In this document: piece by piece, positions 25,910-38,690 of the stretch | How the letters are laid out: each line of letters begins with the position of its first letter | Position numbering within the stretch: the first letter of the stretch is position 1 | Origin: Hydrolagus affinis | Taxonomy: Eukaryota | DNA length: 64,000 nucleotides | Direction of reading: 5' to 3' | Assembly: GCA_012026655.1 (NCBI GenBank) | Contig: JAAILG010000406.1 | Coordinates: 1 to 64,000 of the forward strand | Notes under the pieces: generated by a model | Told to the model about the DNA's origin: nothing | Database searches by the model: none | The model's input: only the letters and a program-made list of their open reading frames with translations | Translations under genes and position numbers: made by a program

Positions 25910-26607
25910 ATAATAATAATAATCCTTGCACGTGATAGAGACGCCTCAAAGCGCTTCACAGAATATAGTATAAAGTGAATTGACTGCATATTTGTGGGCG
26001 AAACGCGGCAGCCAACTGCGCACAGTAGCGTCCCCACAAACAGCCGTGGCTTAAGTGACCAAATTTTGATGGGGTTTTTTTTAATGAGAGATTTTTATCA
26101 TGTATTATTTGGGGACGACAAGCTTGCAGGGCTATGGGGAGAGCGTGGGGGTGGGGGGGGAGAGGGGGGGGTGGGGGGGGAGAGGGGAGGTGGGATTGAT
26201 TTGAATAGCTCTTTTGAAAGAGCCGGCTCAGACACGTCTTGTAAGTGAGTCGCCTGGGTTCGATTTCCGGCAGGTTCAGCGTGAAATCTTGGGCAAAGTT
26301 CCTCACTCCACACACCTGATAATAATCACTCAAAAAAATAAAAGCGCTTTACAAAATATACTATAAAGTGAATTGACTGTATATTTGTGGGCGAAACACG
26401 ACGGCAGCCAATCGCGCACAACAGCGTCCCCTCACAAACAGTCGTGGATTGAAATGACCAATTTTTCATTGTGTTTTTTTGAGGGATTATTATTAGGCGC
26501 ACATGTGTGGAGTCAGGAAACTTGCCCAAGGTTTTGCCCTGACCTGCCTGGATTCGAAACACAGGTCTCACGCTTGTAAGGCTCTAACCACTGAGCTACA
26601 GGATTCC
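25910..26607 (-). mobile_element. Two tandem copies of the SINE, one interrupted by G-rich sequence
   Basis: Two Deu cores (about 25990-26050 and 26380-26450) and two head regions (about 26240-26320 and 26500-26607). Confidence 0.75.
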
Positions 26608-28499
26608 ACGTTCTTTCCTCTTCAGTCAAAAATATATACCAAATAAACAGTCAATTCACTTTACAATATATTTCTTAAAGTGCTTTGAGACGTCCTCCTG
26701 ATGTGAAAGGCGCTATACAGGTGTAATTTTGTTGTTGTTGTTGCTGAAGATATATCAAATTTAAGGACTATTAATACTATTACGTTGCAACAATACTAAA
26801 ATGGGGATTAACAATTAGGAGTGCGGCACTCAAATGTTTTATGCAGACAGAACTAGAACAATTTACATTTATACAGCGTTTTTCGCCTCAGGAGTTCACG
26901 TCAAAGAATTTCCATGCATAGGTTTGGTTTTGGATACTCTTAAGCAACGGTGATGGATTTCTACATGTGTCAGACACCCTGGTCAAAATGTTGTGACTTT
27001 GATCTTACAGTCTAGCTTGTGTAAAAGAAGTCAGTTTCTACCATTGACAATCCCTCAGTGAAAACAAGCCTTCCAATCCATGGCTGTTCAAGGGATGCTA
27101 CTGTGGTGCAAATTGGCTGCCTACACAGTGACTGAACTCGATAGCGAATCCCGTGAAGTGTTTTGAGATGTGAAAAGGCATGACATCGAATGCAAGGATT
27201 AGTATTTATCATTCTACACAGTTTCTAAAGAAACCTAATGCAATTTTGTTACCTTCTTCCTCCTCCATTGCAAACAAGAGTATACAAGGTGAAGTTTCAT
27301 TAGAGCAGTCAGCCTACCCAGTTGTCTGTAGAGTGGCAATTATAAATCCCTAATCACCCATTGATACTGGGAGCTCATGTTCAATTTGCTAACATAGAAT
27401 CGTAGCGATATGCAGCACAGATGGAAGTCGTTTAGCCCATTGTGTCTGAACCGACTCTTTAAAACAACTGTCCCAATTAACTCCCATGCCCCACTCTCTC
27501 TCCCCATAGTCTTGCAAATTTGTCCTCCCCAAATATCCATCTACTTCTCTCGCAAAAGTTGTTATTCAATCGGGTTCCGCGACCCTTTCAGGCAATGCGT
27601 TCCGGATCCGAACAACTGGCTGTGTGAAAACGTTCTCGTACGTTTTACGAGGGGAAAGAGTAGGAGGTCAGACTTGCTGTGCAAGCGATGCGTACAAACG
27701 CAAAACAGAGGGAGGTGGGTGCCCCGATTTGTGCCTGAACATGATATGTGTGGGTCCTAGCCAGTCGTAAAGGAATGAGAGTCTGGCTATATCAAATGCA
27801 ATGATTAATATTATTGGCATGGGAGGACACACTAGTGTTTGGCACCAAACAAACAGATGTTGCCTCCTTTAATTTACCGGTTTAATCTGTAATCCTTTCA
27901 CACTCTTTGCAGTGGTCCAGCTATTTGCAACGTACAGTACTTCCTGCCTTTAACAGGCAATGCATTTCCCGGTTAAGCCATCACAAGTTTCCACCAACTG
28001 ATCAAACGGCCTTTGTTGTTTCAACCCTCCCCACAAATCCCAATGGCACCTTCAGTAAAAGTCTGCATGCATTGCACACTCACTTTACTTTTTTTGTGTT
28101 TAGATGAAAGGCGGGGTGGGGTGGGGGAGCACGAGAGAAAGAAATGATTGAGTTGCAGCTTAACACGTTAGATGTTTACTTCCTTGTTTTCTTCTACCAC
28201 TGCAAGCGTATTGTTTACAAGAAAAGCAGCAATTCTCAATTGGAGACGCCTCAAAGTATTTCACGCCACACAATGTAAAGTGAATTGACTGTACATTTCG
28301 TAAAGTTAAACGGGCTTTTACTGTATTTGTGTTATATCTTGCCTCCTTTAATTTACTCTGTAAACACATGGAAATTCTGATTCAGGGACTAGTACTTCCT
28401 CTTAAAAAAAAGCAACCTGGGACATTTTGAAGTACCAACTTGGGTACAAGAAGCAATCAAAACGAGACTTGAAACACTCAATTGCATCTCTGACACTCA

Positions 28500-29060
28500 A
28501 CGACAACAAAATTCCATTTGTGTAGCGCCTTTCCAGTTGGGAGGATGTCCCGAGGTGCCGGGCAGTTAGTGTTTCTTACCTGAGCTGGGGAAGGTGATTG
28601 GGGAGGGTGGAGAGGAGGGAGAGAAAGGAGAGTGACCAATGGCTTGATCAAAGAGGAGGGTCTTGAGGCAGGACTTGAAGGAGGCGAGGGAGTGGGGAGG
28701 CGAGGCGGAGGGATCGTGGGATGGAAACGGAGTGGCTGAAGACTTGGCCGCCAATGGTGGGGCGGATGGGTCGGGGGACATGGAGCTGGATAAAGCCCAC
28801 CGAGCAGAGGGAGTGGACAGGTTGGTAGGGGTTTAGGAGGTCACAGAGGTAAGGCCATGGAGGGCTTTAAAAATGGAAGACCACGATCTTGAATTGAATC
28901 CCCTGAATGACAGGAAGCCAGTGGAGTTGGGCGAGATTGGGGGAGGAGGGGGCGGGGGGTCACGGAACTTGGTGCGGGAGAGGACACGGGCTCTGGATGA
29001 CATGCAGCCAATGGAGGGAGGAATTGGGGTGGCTGAAAATGTTGCAGAGATGAGGGAAGG
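28500..29060 (-). mobile_element. Degenerate L2 LINE 3' fragment
   Basis: Similar to the 3' part of the 37.7-38.7 kb element (IFKALHGL, FKSCLKTLLF) with the same type of tail. Confidence 0.7.
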
Positions 29061-29747
29061 TAGAACTGTCATGGTAAGCAGTATCTTAGTGTGAAAATAA
29101 GTCTTAATTGCTCCAAATTGATGAAGCAGTACTACAGACTCTTAAAAGCAAGGAATATTTCACTTACTCCCTCATTCTCTGTTTCTGTAGAACAAATCTG
29201 TTTTCATTTACCGTCCTCAGAAAACTGGGGCCCCTTGTTTTCAGAGGCGTGTATACATCCAAAATGGTTTTTTAATGAATTCCAGGAATCGTTGCTATTT
29301 AATGGTAAGATGTTAGAAGCTGCTTGCACGAAACCTCACTTATAGTAAAAGCACAGGAAGAATTGGAAGTCGAAACCTATGCCAAGAGGGCCTCAAGCAA
29401 ATGAATGAAATTCTTGCCAATCTAGAAGATTACTGCCATATAACAAACAAGTGGGCTTTTAATTGCAACTGCGCGTTAGGACAGAGAGGAAATTCTGCGA
29501 ATCAGATTTCTTTTCCAGCCCGTTTGCTTATAAAATACACAGCAAAGACACTTGGTTCTGTATCTGCTTAGACAACTCCTTGTCGCTACCCAGGTCTAGT
29601 ATACAAAGGGCACTATACAAATGCAAGTTGTTATTATTCGCTGTGAATCCAACAAAGTGTATTGAGACGTCCTCTTGATGTGGTAGACGCAGTGCATCAA
29701 ATGCAGGCGTTATTATTCTTAAGAAAAGTCTGTGTCAACACTAAGCT

Positions 29748-30080
29748 GGAGTCCTATCGCTCAGTGGTTAGAGCACTCACCTTACAGTGAGACCGTGAGA
29801 CCTGTGTTCAAATCCAGGCAGGTCAGGGCGAAACCTCGGGCAAATTTCCTTACTCCACACACACGCCTACCAATAATCCATCCCCCAAAAAACCCACGAT
29901 AATAAAAATTGGTCATTTCAATCCACAACTGTTTGTGGGACACTGCTGTGTGCAATTCGCCCACAAAAATATACAGTCAATTCACTTTACATATTCATAT
30001 TTCCGTGAAACGCTTTGAGACGTCTAGAAGACGTGAAAAGCGCTACATCAAATGCAAGGATTATTATTTATTATTATTAT
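29748..30080 (+). mobile_element. Same SINE family, full length, with apparent target-site duplication
   Basis: B box GTTCAAATCC, (ATT)n tail; TAAGCTGG at 29742-29749 and 30081-30088. Confidence 0.85.
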
Positions 30081-31119
30081 TAAGCTGGTCATAGACAGAA
30101 TCAACTCAATGCTAATACCTCCACTGTAAGCTTGGTTTTAATGTGCCACCGCCTGCCTGATTGTCAATTGACTAGTGGCACTAGTCCTTTTTTGCTTTGA
30201 TTCGCAGTTGCTTTAATTTGTCTGCAAGTGAAGTGATCTGATTGTTCCCTCAACACGAGCACTGCCCAACTTCGCAACTTTGGACTATTTTCTGACCAAG
30301 GAACGTTGTTCAACAGATGTGCCCCTTTCTCCCATGTCACGGCTGACCAGATTCCAGATGCTCTCGATTTTGGCGCATCCTTCAAAGCAACTCCCAAATA
30401 ATGTGCAACAGCAATCCATTCCCAGAACCAAGCAAACACAAGAGGAAATAGCTGGGGCCCCTCTTGTAAAGTTTAGGGCTGTGTAAACATTGGACATGTA
30501 ATTAAGGACTAAATTCTGAAGCATTTACAACATGGAAACTAGTGGGTGTTGGTGTTTGTATTCCACTTGAATCTTCACCCATTGCTTACTCCCTCCCACA
30601 ACCTCTCCCTTATGTGAAGGTCACTACAGTATCTTATCTTTGTGTCCCTGGTTATGGACTCCCCAAACGGTAGAAAAAGTCTTTTCAGCCTAAGAAGATA
30701 CCTTTAACTCCTACTCTGCTGATAATAATCCCTCAAGAAAAAATTATAATTTGGTCAATCAATCCACGACTATGTGTGGGACACTGCTATGCGCAATTGC
30801 CTGCCATGTTTTGCCCACAAATGTAGTCAATACACTTTACCGTATATTCTGTAAAGCGCTTTGAGTAGTTTAGAAGAAAAGCATTATGTAAAATGCATCT
30901 AAAAGGTTAACTAAAACCGTTGATGTTGATAATGGTATTAGTAAGTATTGGAATAAATAAATGTATTAATGAAACTTTCTGTGTTTGCTTATACAGTATT
31001 TTGTTTCCTTCCCTCCTACATTGTCATTAGCCGCAGTCACAGAAACTGCAGATATCGAGACTCACAATCCATGCTGGAGTATGCTTGAGGGCAATAATTG
31101 CCTCACAGAACAATTTGTT

Positions 31120-31267
31120 AGATGTTCGGCCGAAAACACACAATTTTTTAAATATAAACAAACAGTGTGCCGGATAAATTCCGGTTAATCGAATGGGGGC
31201 CTTTTTTGAGGTGCCGGTTATACAGAAGTTACGGTTGATCGGGTCACAGATAAACGGGCTTTTACTG
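31120..31267. mobile_element. Partial inverted copy of the same MITE
   Basis: Ends GATAAACGGGCTTTTACTG|TA; interior is the reverse complement of about 46780-46920. TIR stubs also at about 28308-28325 and 52723-52736. Confidence 0.7.
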
Positions 31268-33084
31268 TATTTAATGCGAGGATTATTATTATTTAAATTC
31301 TATTTCCAACAAAGTTACAAGATAAACCCTGCCCCTGCTTTCCATGGCTTCTAAATGCTCCACTTTAAGTATAAAGGAGCCTCTAGCGTTTTTTGGACTT
31401 GTTTAAAAAAGGTGCCTCAACCATTGTAGCTAATAAGGGATGGATTCCAATTTGAGTTGTTTGATGGTCCAGTCCCAAGTGTTAATTGGGCACCAGAAAG
31501 CTGCTAATGAATCAGCACCAGTGTATAGAGACGTGATTGAGATGGCAATAGCTTCCTTAACAGGCATTCATAATATCCAATTGCAGAGGAGGATGAACCT
31601 AATGTTCCTACAAGCATGAGATGTGTGCTTCGAATCCAGACAGGTCAGGGCGAAACCTTGGGCAAGTTTCCTTACTCCACACTTACACACCTAATAATAA
31701 TCCCTCCCCCTAAAAAACTGTAATAAAATTGGTCATTTCAATTCACAACTGTTTGTAGGACACTTGTGTGCAGGTTTCGCCCCCACTAGGAATCAAACTC
31801 TGGTCCTCTCGCTTGCAAGGTGAGTAGACCAACCACTATGCTATGAGAATGGAAAGAAATATGAAGGTTATGTGAAGGGTGATGTGACAGCTATGGAATG
31901 ATATTTTGTGTGAAAATTAGAGGAAACTCAAGACCCCATTGAAACGGTCGAACAGAAAGCATTTAATTGTCATGTCTGGTGTAATATCATGATGACATTA
32001 AGATTACAAGCGATGTGAATTATAGCACAAAGTAACATTGTCGAAAGCCCACATTATGGCGAAATTATTAGTAAGACAAAATGACCCTTTTAAGATGATG
32101 AACAGGGAAGCAATGTTATTCTCATCTCCTGCGATCCATCGATGAGCGAAATGTGAACATGCTTGATCAGTTGGTATATTCCACCGAGGAGGCTCCTGAA
32201 AGTGTCTGTAATTAAACCATAACTGTCTCACATGCCCTTCGAAGGTGATAAGAGTTATATGCCTTTGGCACTGTGATGAACAAGGTCGTGAAACCCAATC
32301 GAGATGACCGGATTCCTTCATTCGTTTGAAAATACCTCCGTCTCTTTCTTCAGCTTTCATCCAAGGCGAGTGAACCACATGCAGTGCTTCACAGTCAGTT
32401 AATTGGCTTTGCACAAGAGAGTTCAGCACCGAATTCCCATAAACTGTAGAATTAACAATTCCCACCCCCATCCCCCCACCCCCCCGCCCCACACACCACA
32501 TACACTCATTTACACACATTTGGCACATTCCATTTCATGGCAATGCCTGGAAATGTACTCTGGACATGTAACCGGTTGAGTTGACAAGATTCCCAATGGT
32601 TACTACTGTAGAGCATATCATCTGACAGATTGATCAAAGCAGAGACATCAATGCAACCGTCACTCAGTTGGCACAAGCCAAATATCTCCGATCACTACAT
32701 GAACGTCAAACGGAAGCACTGTTTCAATTTGAATTGCAAGTTCGACTGATTCTTTCCTGCCCCCCAAATCTCGCCAGTTTTGGCTGATGTGCAAAGCAGA
32801 GTGGGATTTTCATGAACAGTCGAGGTACAGTACAACTGAGATGTTCAGGAGTGATTTGTATCAATGCGAGTTTTATTTTCCAGTAGATACATTATAAAAA
32901 ACACAGAACGAATAAAATTCATATGAAATAGAAAACCCAAGCTGTGTTAAACATCAGAGATTGCAGAACGTTATAGAGCCGATTAATTAAGTACAGGTAT
33001 CAAATGACAATTGCTTTCCTGTACAATCTTAATTTCAACAGAGTATGTTGGGGGGTGGGGGAGGGTGAAAAGAGAGCAATGTGC

Positions 33085-33246
33085 TCACATGTGCTTACGG
33101 AACTCAGCAATGACAACGGCATAAATGATTATGATTATCACCAGCACAATTATTCCGATTACAGTGGCTGCGATGTTGAGTTTTTTGGCTGTTTCAGCGT
33201 TGCGTCTGGCGCTCTCCATCGATCCCATGTTGGCCGAGTTCTGCGC
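33085..33246 (-). CDS. CD225/dispanin (IFITM-like) gene A, exon 2 (89 aa total)
   Basis: tttacAG| AQNSANMGSMESARRNAETAKKLNIAATVIGIIVLVIIIIIYAVVIAEFRKHM*; CD225 loop plus C-terminal TM helix. Absent from the ORF track. Pairing with exon 1 crosses an N gap. Confidence 0.88.
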   Translation of the reverse strand, partial: AQNSANMGSMESARRNAETAKKLNIAATVIGIIVLVIIIIIYAVVIAEFRKHM

Positions 33247-34985
33247 CTGTAAAGAAATCAATCGTTTTCACTGGCAGTTTGTTTACGAGATGCGCGCCGT
33301 ATCTCACAAGATGAGATGGGGACGGTTCGTTCAGTGTTTACGACAACAGCCACAAAATTACACTTGGGATAAATAACGCCTTTCACGTCAATCTCCGTGT
33401 CAGGATTCTGAGCTCACTGTCACTCCAATGCAGTGACGGGGTAGCATTGCATTAGTTCAACTGCCATCCTTCAGATAAGATAATAATAATATTAATAATA
33501 ACGTTAAGATATTCAACCAAAGTCCCATTTGTGCCTGAACAGATGCCTGTTCAAGGAAATGTCACCGCCTTGGGACGTCCTCCCGATGTGAAAAGCGCTT
33601 TCCAAATGTAATTTTGGTGTTTGCTATTGTTGTCGAAGATTCCCACGGCCCTATTTGAAAAGCGAAGGGTATTTCCTCCCATTGTCTTGGCCGTGAATCT
33701 CCCAGAGCAAGATTGAAATGATTCACCTCATGGGACACTGCGTTGGCGGAACATTGCCGCAGGCAAATTGACAACTCGGGTTTTCCCAGGAATACACAGT
33801 CACTACGCCTCCGTGAAGCTTAGGTCCACGGGCGCCTCACAGTGGTGGAGTCGAGGAAGGGAGAAGCGCGGGTGACCACAAGCACAGTTGAAGAGGTAGG
33901 TTTTTAGGTGGGATTTGAAGACAGATAGAGAAGGTCCGAGGTGCAGTGACTGAGGCAGCAAGTTGCATGGCTTAATAATTTGGCTCAATCCACGAGTGTT
34001 TGTGGAAGGCTGCTGTGCACAATTGGCTCACTAAATATACAATCAATCCATTTGACAGTGTGTTCTGTGAAGCGCTTTGAGACATTTGAAAGGCGTGACA
34101 AGGCTCACCATCAAATGCAAATTTTATCAAAGGAAAGGACAGTGTGACAACGACAGCCACAACAACTTGCGTTCATGCAGAGCCAGCATAGCATGTGAGG
34201 GGGAGAGCCTCGCATAGTTAAACGTTTCCGTGAAGCAATGGCTTAATTTATCTGTGGGCGTTGGCCTCTGTTTCCACTCTTTGCTCCCGTTCGGAACACA
34301 ATCGTGGGATTGAAGTCACAAACGCAGCAGACCAGAGTGTCCTCCAGTGACGGAGTTGGAGTGCCAGAAAACCAGGCTCGCCGACTATTCCTGCGTCAAA
34401 GATCGCAATTTTTCATTCCCTATAAACGTTTCTTTATTCCTGCTCCCACGGCAGATCTTAACCCTAGCTGCTGTGAAGGGCGCGAAATAAATTGTTGTTG
34501 TTCTTTCGAGGACACTGCTGTGTACAAATGGCAAAGCTCCTTTAACTACTCAGTGACAGTTGAAGCACTCCGCCAAGAGTTTTATTGCACAGTCTCCGCT
34601 CAATATCTGATAGCCCACCCTACTCTCGGCTCGGCCATTAAACTGTCACGTTTCAGGCTGATAACAGTCTGGGTTGTGGCGAGGGTCAGATCAGAGATGA
34701 AGCCTTTTCTCACACTTCAACCTCCTTAATTTGTTATCTCTCACAATGCATTTGGGAGTACAACTGTCGAGTAAACAGACCACAGACAGTCAAAGACAGC
34801 AATTTCATAATCCTTAAAATTTAATTTGGTGCCTTATCACAACGTGACAGCTTTATGATCAGGATCAGATATAGCGAGACAATCGTAATTTAAAAGGTTG
34901 TCTTAAAAGGTTGGGACGGTCACTGATTAGTTAAAAGTTACTTTACAGTTTGGTGCTGTCCCACGCAAAGTTAAACAACTATTAA

Positions 34986-35285
34986 TAATAATAATAATCC
35001 TTGCATTTGACGCTTTTCACGTCTTTTAGATGTCTCAAAACACTTCATGGAATATATTGTAAAGTGAAATTGACTGTGTTAATGTGGACGAAACGCGGCA
35101 GCCGATTGCTCACAGCAGTGTCCCACAAACAGACGTGGATTGGAATGAGCAATTGATTAATATTTTTTGAGGGATTGTTAGGCGTGTGGAGTAAGGAAAC
35201 TCGCCCAAGGTTTTTCCCTGCCTGAAATTGAACCCAGGTCTCTCGTTGCAAGCTGAATGCTCTAAACACTGAGCTACAGGACTCC
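34986..35285 (-). mobile_element. Same SINE family, in the intron of dispanin gene A
   Basis: Reverse-complement head ends gagctacaggactcc at 35285; AAT tail at about 34986. Confidence 0.85.
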
Positions 35286-36228
35286 AGAGTATATGATTGA
35301 AATGAATTATGAGCAAAGCTGCGGAGAAACTATGTATAGGGAATGGCACAGCTGGACTTAGTTCAACATCATGTATACATTTTAAAAATCTTAAATCTGG
35401 GATGCTTGTGTAACTTCTCAAAAAATTCAAAGAGCTTGTCGGACAATAATTATTCTTACGTTTCATACAGGCACCTTTCACATCAGAAGGACATTAAAAG
35501 TACTTCAAAGCCTTTTACTGCTTTGTGTAGTGTACTGATCACGAAGTGTAGCGATCGTATAATTTGTAGGCAAACGCAGCAGCCAATTTGCTCCAGATGG
35601 ACGGAGGAATGCGTTTCACATTTGGAGTTTGGGAGGGTAATGGAGGGGGGGGGCGGTGGGGAGGTGGTGGGGGTGGGTGGGAGGTATTGAGCTGTGCAGA
35701 GAGAAACTTTTCGCACAGTTATTGAAGCAATTGAAATGGTTTGACATTTCTGTGATTGACACTAATAACGGTAATACATAGAACAAATGAATCATTGAAC
35801 CAATAACAACTTGATATCTTGATGTCACAGTGGATGCTCTGAAGATAAAGCTCCATGAGACACGAAAGAACAAAATGCCCAGTAGTTCTTATCCCTTTCC
35901 ACTGGGGCGGGGTGTGGTTGTGTGGAAGTTGGTCAAAGAAGAAGTATTGAGGGTCTGGGTGCGGCTAAGGGGTGCAATAGGCAGTCTGAAATATTGGCTC
36001 ACTCAGAAATAAACTATCCCCCGAGGAACCCTTGCTTATCACAAAAGGCTCTTTCATTCCGAACGATTTCTTCCCTCGCAAGTTGAATCCATCAGAAACA
36101 AACTTAAGAGTTAGAGAAGCAATTTTACAACACAAAACGGCATCACTGACAGTTAATAGGAAATAGGAAAGAAGCAGCCGGCGATGTGATGTGACAATAA
36201 TAATCGCTGGTGTTAATTATCGCAGTGC

Positions 36229-36328
36229 NNNNNNNNNNNNNNNNNNNNNNNNNNNNNNNNNNNNNNNNNNNNNNNNNNNNNNNNNNNNNNNNNNNNNNNN
36301 NNNNNNNNNNNNNNNNNNNNNNNNNNNN
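36229..36328. other. Assembly gap (100 N)
   Basis: Run of N; true size unknown. Confidence 1.
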
Positions 36329-36608
36329 AGGGTGGCGGGTGGGGGTTGCAGAAAGCAACACAGTCAATATCACTGGTGACAATCACTCGGCTGGCATAGC
36401 CCAGTGTCTACTCGCATTTATATCCACCGCACGCCCGGACTTCTGAAGCTTTTAGAAAAGTCTCTGCGAGGGTTAGCGCATCCCTACACCCCCCGATTCC
36501 TCCGCCGCTCCCGAGCCGACCGGCGAGTGTTTACAGATAAACCGCAAGCTTGAGACGAGTCCTTTCCTTTCCCGTAAACAAACCCGGACACACTTTGGGG
36601 CCACGTAC

Positions 36609-36716
36609 CTGACAGGAATAGATCACCGCCGCTATTCCTAGCGGCAAACAGCAACAGACCAAGTTAAATATGGACCATCCCAAATAGGAGGACACTTGCA
36701 TTTGTGAGTTCTGCAT
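36609..36716 (-). CDS. CD225/dispanin (IFITM-like) gene A, exon 1
   Basis: ATG at 36716: MQNSQMQVSSYLGWSIFNLVCCCLPLGIAAVIYSCQ; donor CAG|GTACGT, phase 0; TATA box upstream. Confidence 0.9.
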
Positions 36717-36822
36717 GTTTGCACGAGTTACGCTGACTGCTTGATGGGGCTCTTGAGTTTTCAGTTGAGCTTTGCCTTGCTCCAAATACGAGTCTCTGGC
36801 ACAGAAAAACTGCTGCCCTCGG

Positions 36823-36860
36823 TATTTATACCATTGTACTTCTCATCGATGTGGGCGGTG
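36823..36860 (-). promoter_or_regulatory. Core promoter of dispanin gene A (TATA box and GC box)
   Basis: TATAAATA on the minus strand at 36830-36823, about 110 nt before the ATG; GGGCGG at 36853-36858. Confidence 0.6.
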
Positions 36861-37654
36861 CTTAACTGAAAGATATGCATGAAATGTGAGGCCAGACCGT
36901 TTTCTTTCAGCCACCAGATGAAATCCACACAAAATACTATCTGGAACAGAAAAACAGAAATTTCCTTTAGGGTGAGGTAGGGGGTGGTAGGAGGGGTGTG
37001 GGCGGGGGAGGAGAATGTTGTTCGTAAAGTGCTGGAAATAAATGTGTTGAAGCAGAAATTGTCCTGTTTTTAAAAGTTAGTTTTTGTTCGTTCCGGAGGT
37101 TTTACTGCACAGATGGAGACCATTCAGACTGTTTGATCCTCAAAGTCCTTTCCCTGGACTGCTCTGTTGTATTTCTCTTTTCATTTCATTTTCGTTTCGC
37201 CCACCCACGTACATCAGGTCAATTCTCTTTACGGTACATTCTGTGAAGCGCTTTGAGACGTCCAGAAGATGTGAAAAGCGCTAAATCCAATGCAAGGATT
37301 ATTATTATTTTCAAATATAGTTCACAAGATTGTTTCAGAAAGAAAAAAAAACGCCCTTCAGCAAGCCGATCGCATCCTTCAAGAACCACTCCACCCGACC
37401 ATTCTCTCATCACAGCATCAAGCTGCGTTTAACATGAGTCTCAGTGTCCTGGCCTCAACCATCTATCCTGGCATCCCTGGTATCTGTCCTGAATTTGCCC
37501 TTTGATAAGCATTTATTTTTTCAATCCCATTGAAATTTTACGCACTTTTATCAGGTTCCCACTGAGTCCTCAGGGCTCTGTCCGTGGTCCTCACCTCTCC
37601 AACATCTACTCGCTCCTTGCTGGTGGCATCATCTCCAGACATGTTTTGAGGGAT

Positions 37655-38690
37655 AATACAATAACAACTTTGATTTCTACAGCGCCCTCCACGCCGGACG
37701 GTGTCTCAGAATGCTTCACAATAGCGGATCCAGGGAAGGAGCCAGGGGCAGGGGTAGAAAGGTGACCAAAGGCGCGGTCGAAGAGAAAGGTCTTCAGCTG
37801 GGACCTGAAACTGGGAAGAGAGGGGCCAAGGCGAATGGAGTGAGGAAGGGAGTTTCAGAGCCTCGGGGCGTAGTGGCTGAAGGCACGACCGCTGAGGGTG
37901 GAGCGGAGGATTCAGGGGGACATGGAGAAGGCCAGACCCGGTGGAAGGAAGGCAGCGGTTGCTGGGTTGGGGAGAGAGGAGATCAGAGAGGTAGGGGGTG
38001 CAGAGGAGTGGAGGGATTTGAAAACCAGGGTGAGGATCTTGAAGTTGATCCTCTCTGGGATAGGGAGCCAGTGAAGTCTGGCAAGGACTGGAGTAATGGG
38101 GGAGCGAAGTTTGGTGCGGGTGAGTAGGCGGGCAGCAAAGTTTTGAATTAGCTGGATTTTGTGGATTGTGGTGGAGGGGAGATCGGTGAGGAGAGCATTG
38201 GAATAGGGCAGCCGAGAGGTGACAAACGCATGGACCAGGGTTTCAGTGGCTTTTGGGGTGAGGTATTGCCGGAGACGGACGATCCATTGGAGGTGGTAGA
38301 AGGCGGTGCTGGTGAGGGACCAGATGTGGGGGAGGAAGGACAGTTGGGGGTCGAACCTGACGCCAAAGTTGCGCACAGGTTCGGAGAGTTTTAGGGGCAG
38401 GCCGGGAAGGTGGAGGAGGTGAGAGCCGTGCGAATGGAGATGTTGACCAGAGCCAAAGAGTACGGCCTCCGTCTTGTCGACATCCAGCTGCAGGAAGTTC
38501 GCGCTCATCCAGCTCCTGATGTCTGACAGACAGGCTGACAGAACATCAGGATTCTGGGGGGTGGCGCGGGTCGCAAAGTGAAAAATAGAGTTGGGTGTCA
38601 TCAGCACACATGTGGGAGTGTGCCCCATGTGTGCGGATGACATCCCCAAGAGGGAGCGTGCAGATGAGGAAGAGGAGGGGGCCAAGGAGG
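37655..38690 (-). mobile_element. 5'-truncated L2-clade LINE (RT C-terminal half and 3' tail)
   Basis: [10 protein letters not shown] (YADD box) near 38590-38612, then WMSANFLQLDVDKTE...VRNFGV...AFVTSRL...LHWLPIPERINFKIL; frameshifted; tail ends in TTG/TTA repeats at about 37660. Confidence 0.9.

Noticed and set aside
36717-36785. N-terminal extensions shown in the ORF track for genes A, C and D
   Set aside because: They begin at TTG or GTG; the first in-frame ATGs are 36716, 51456 and 61050.
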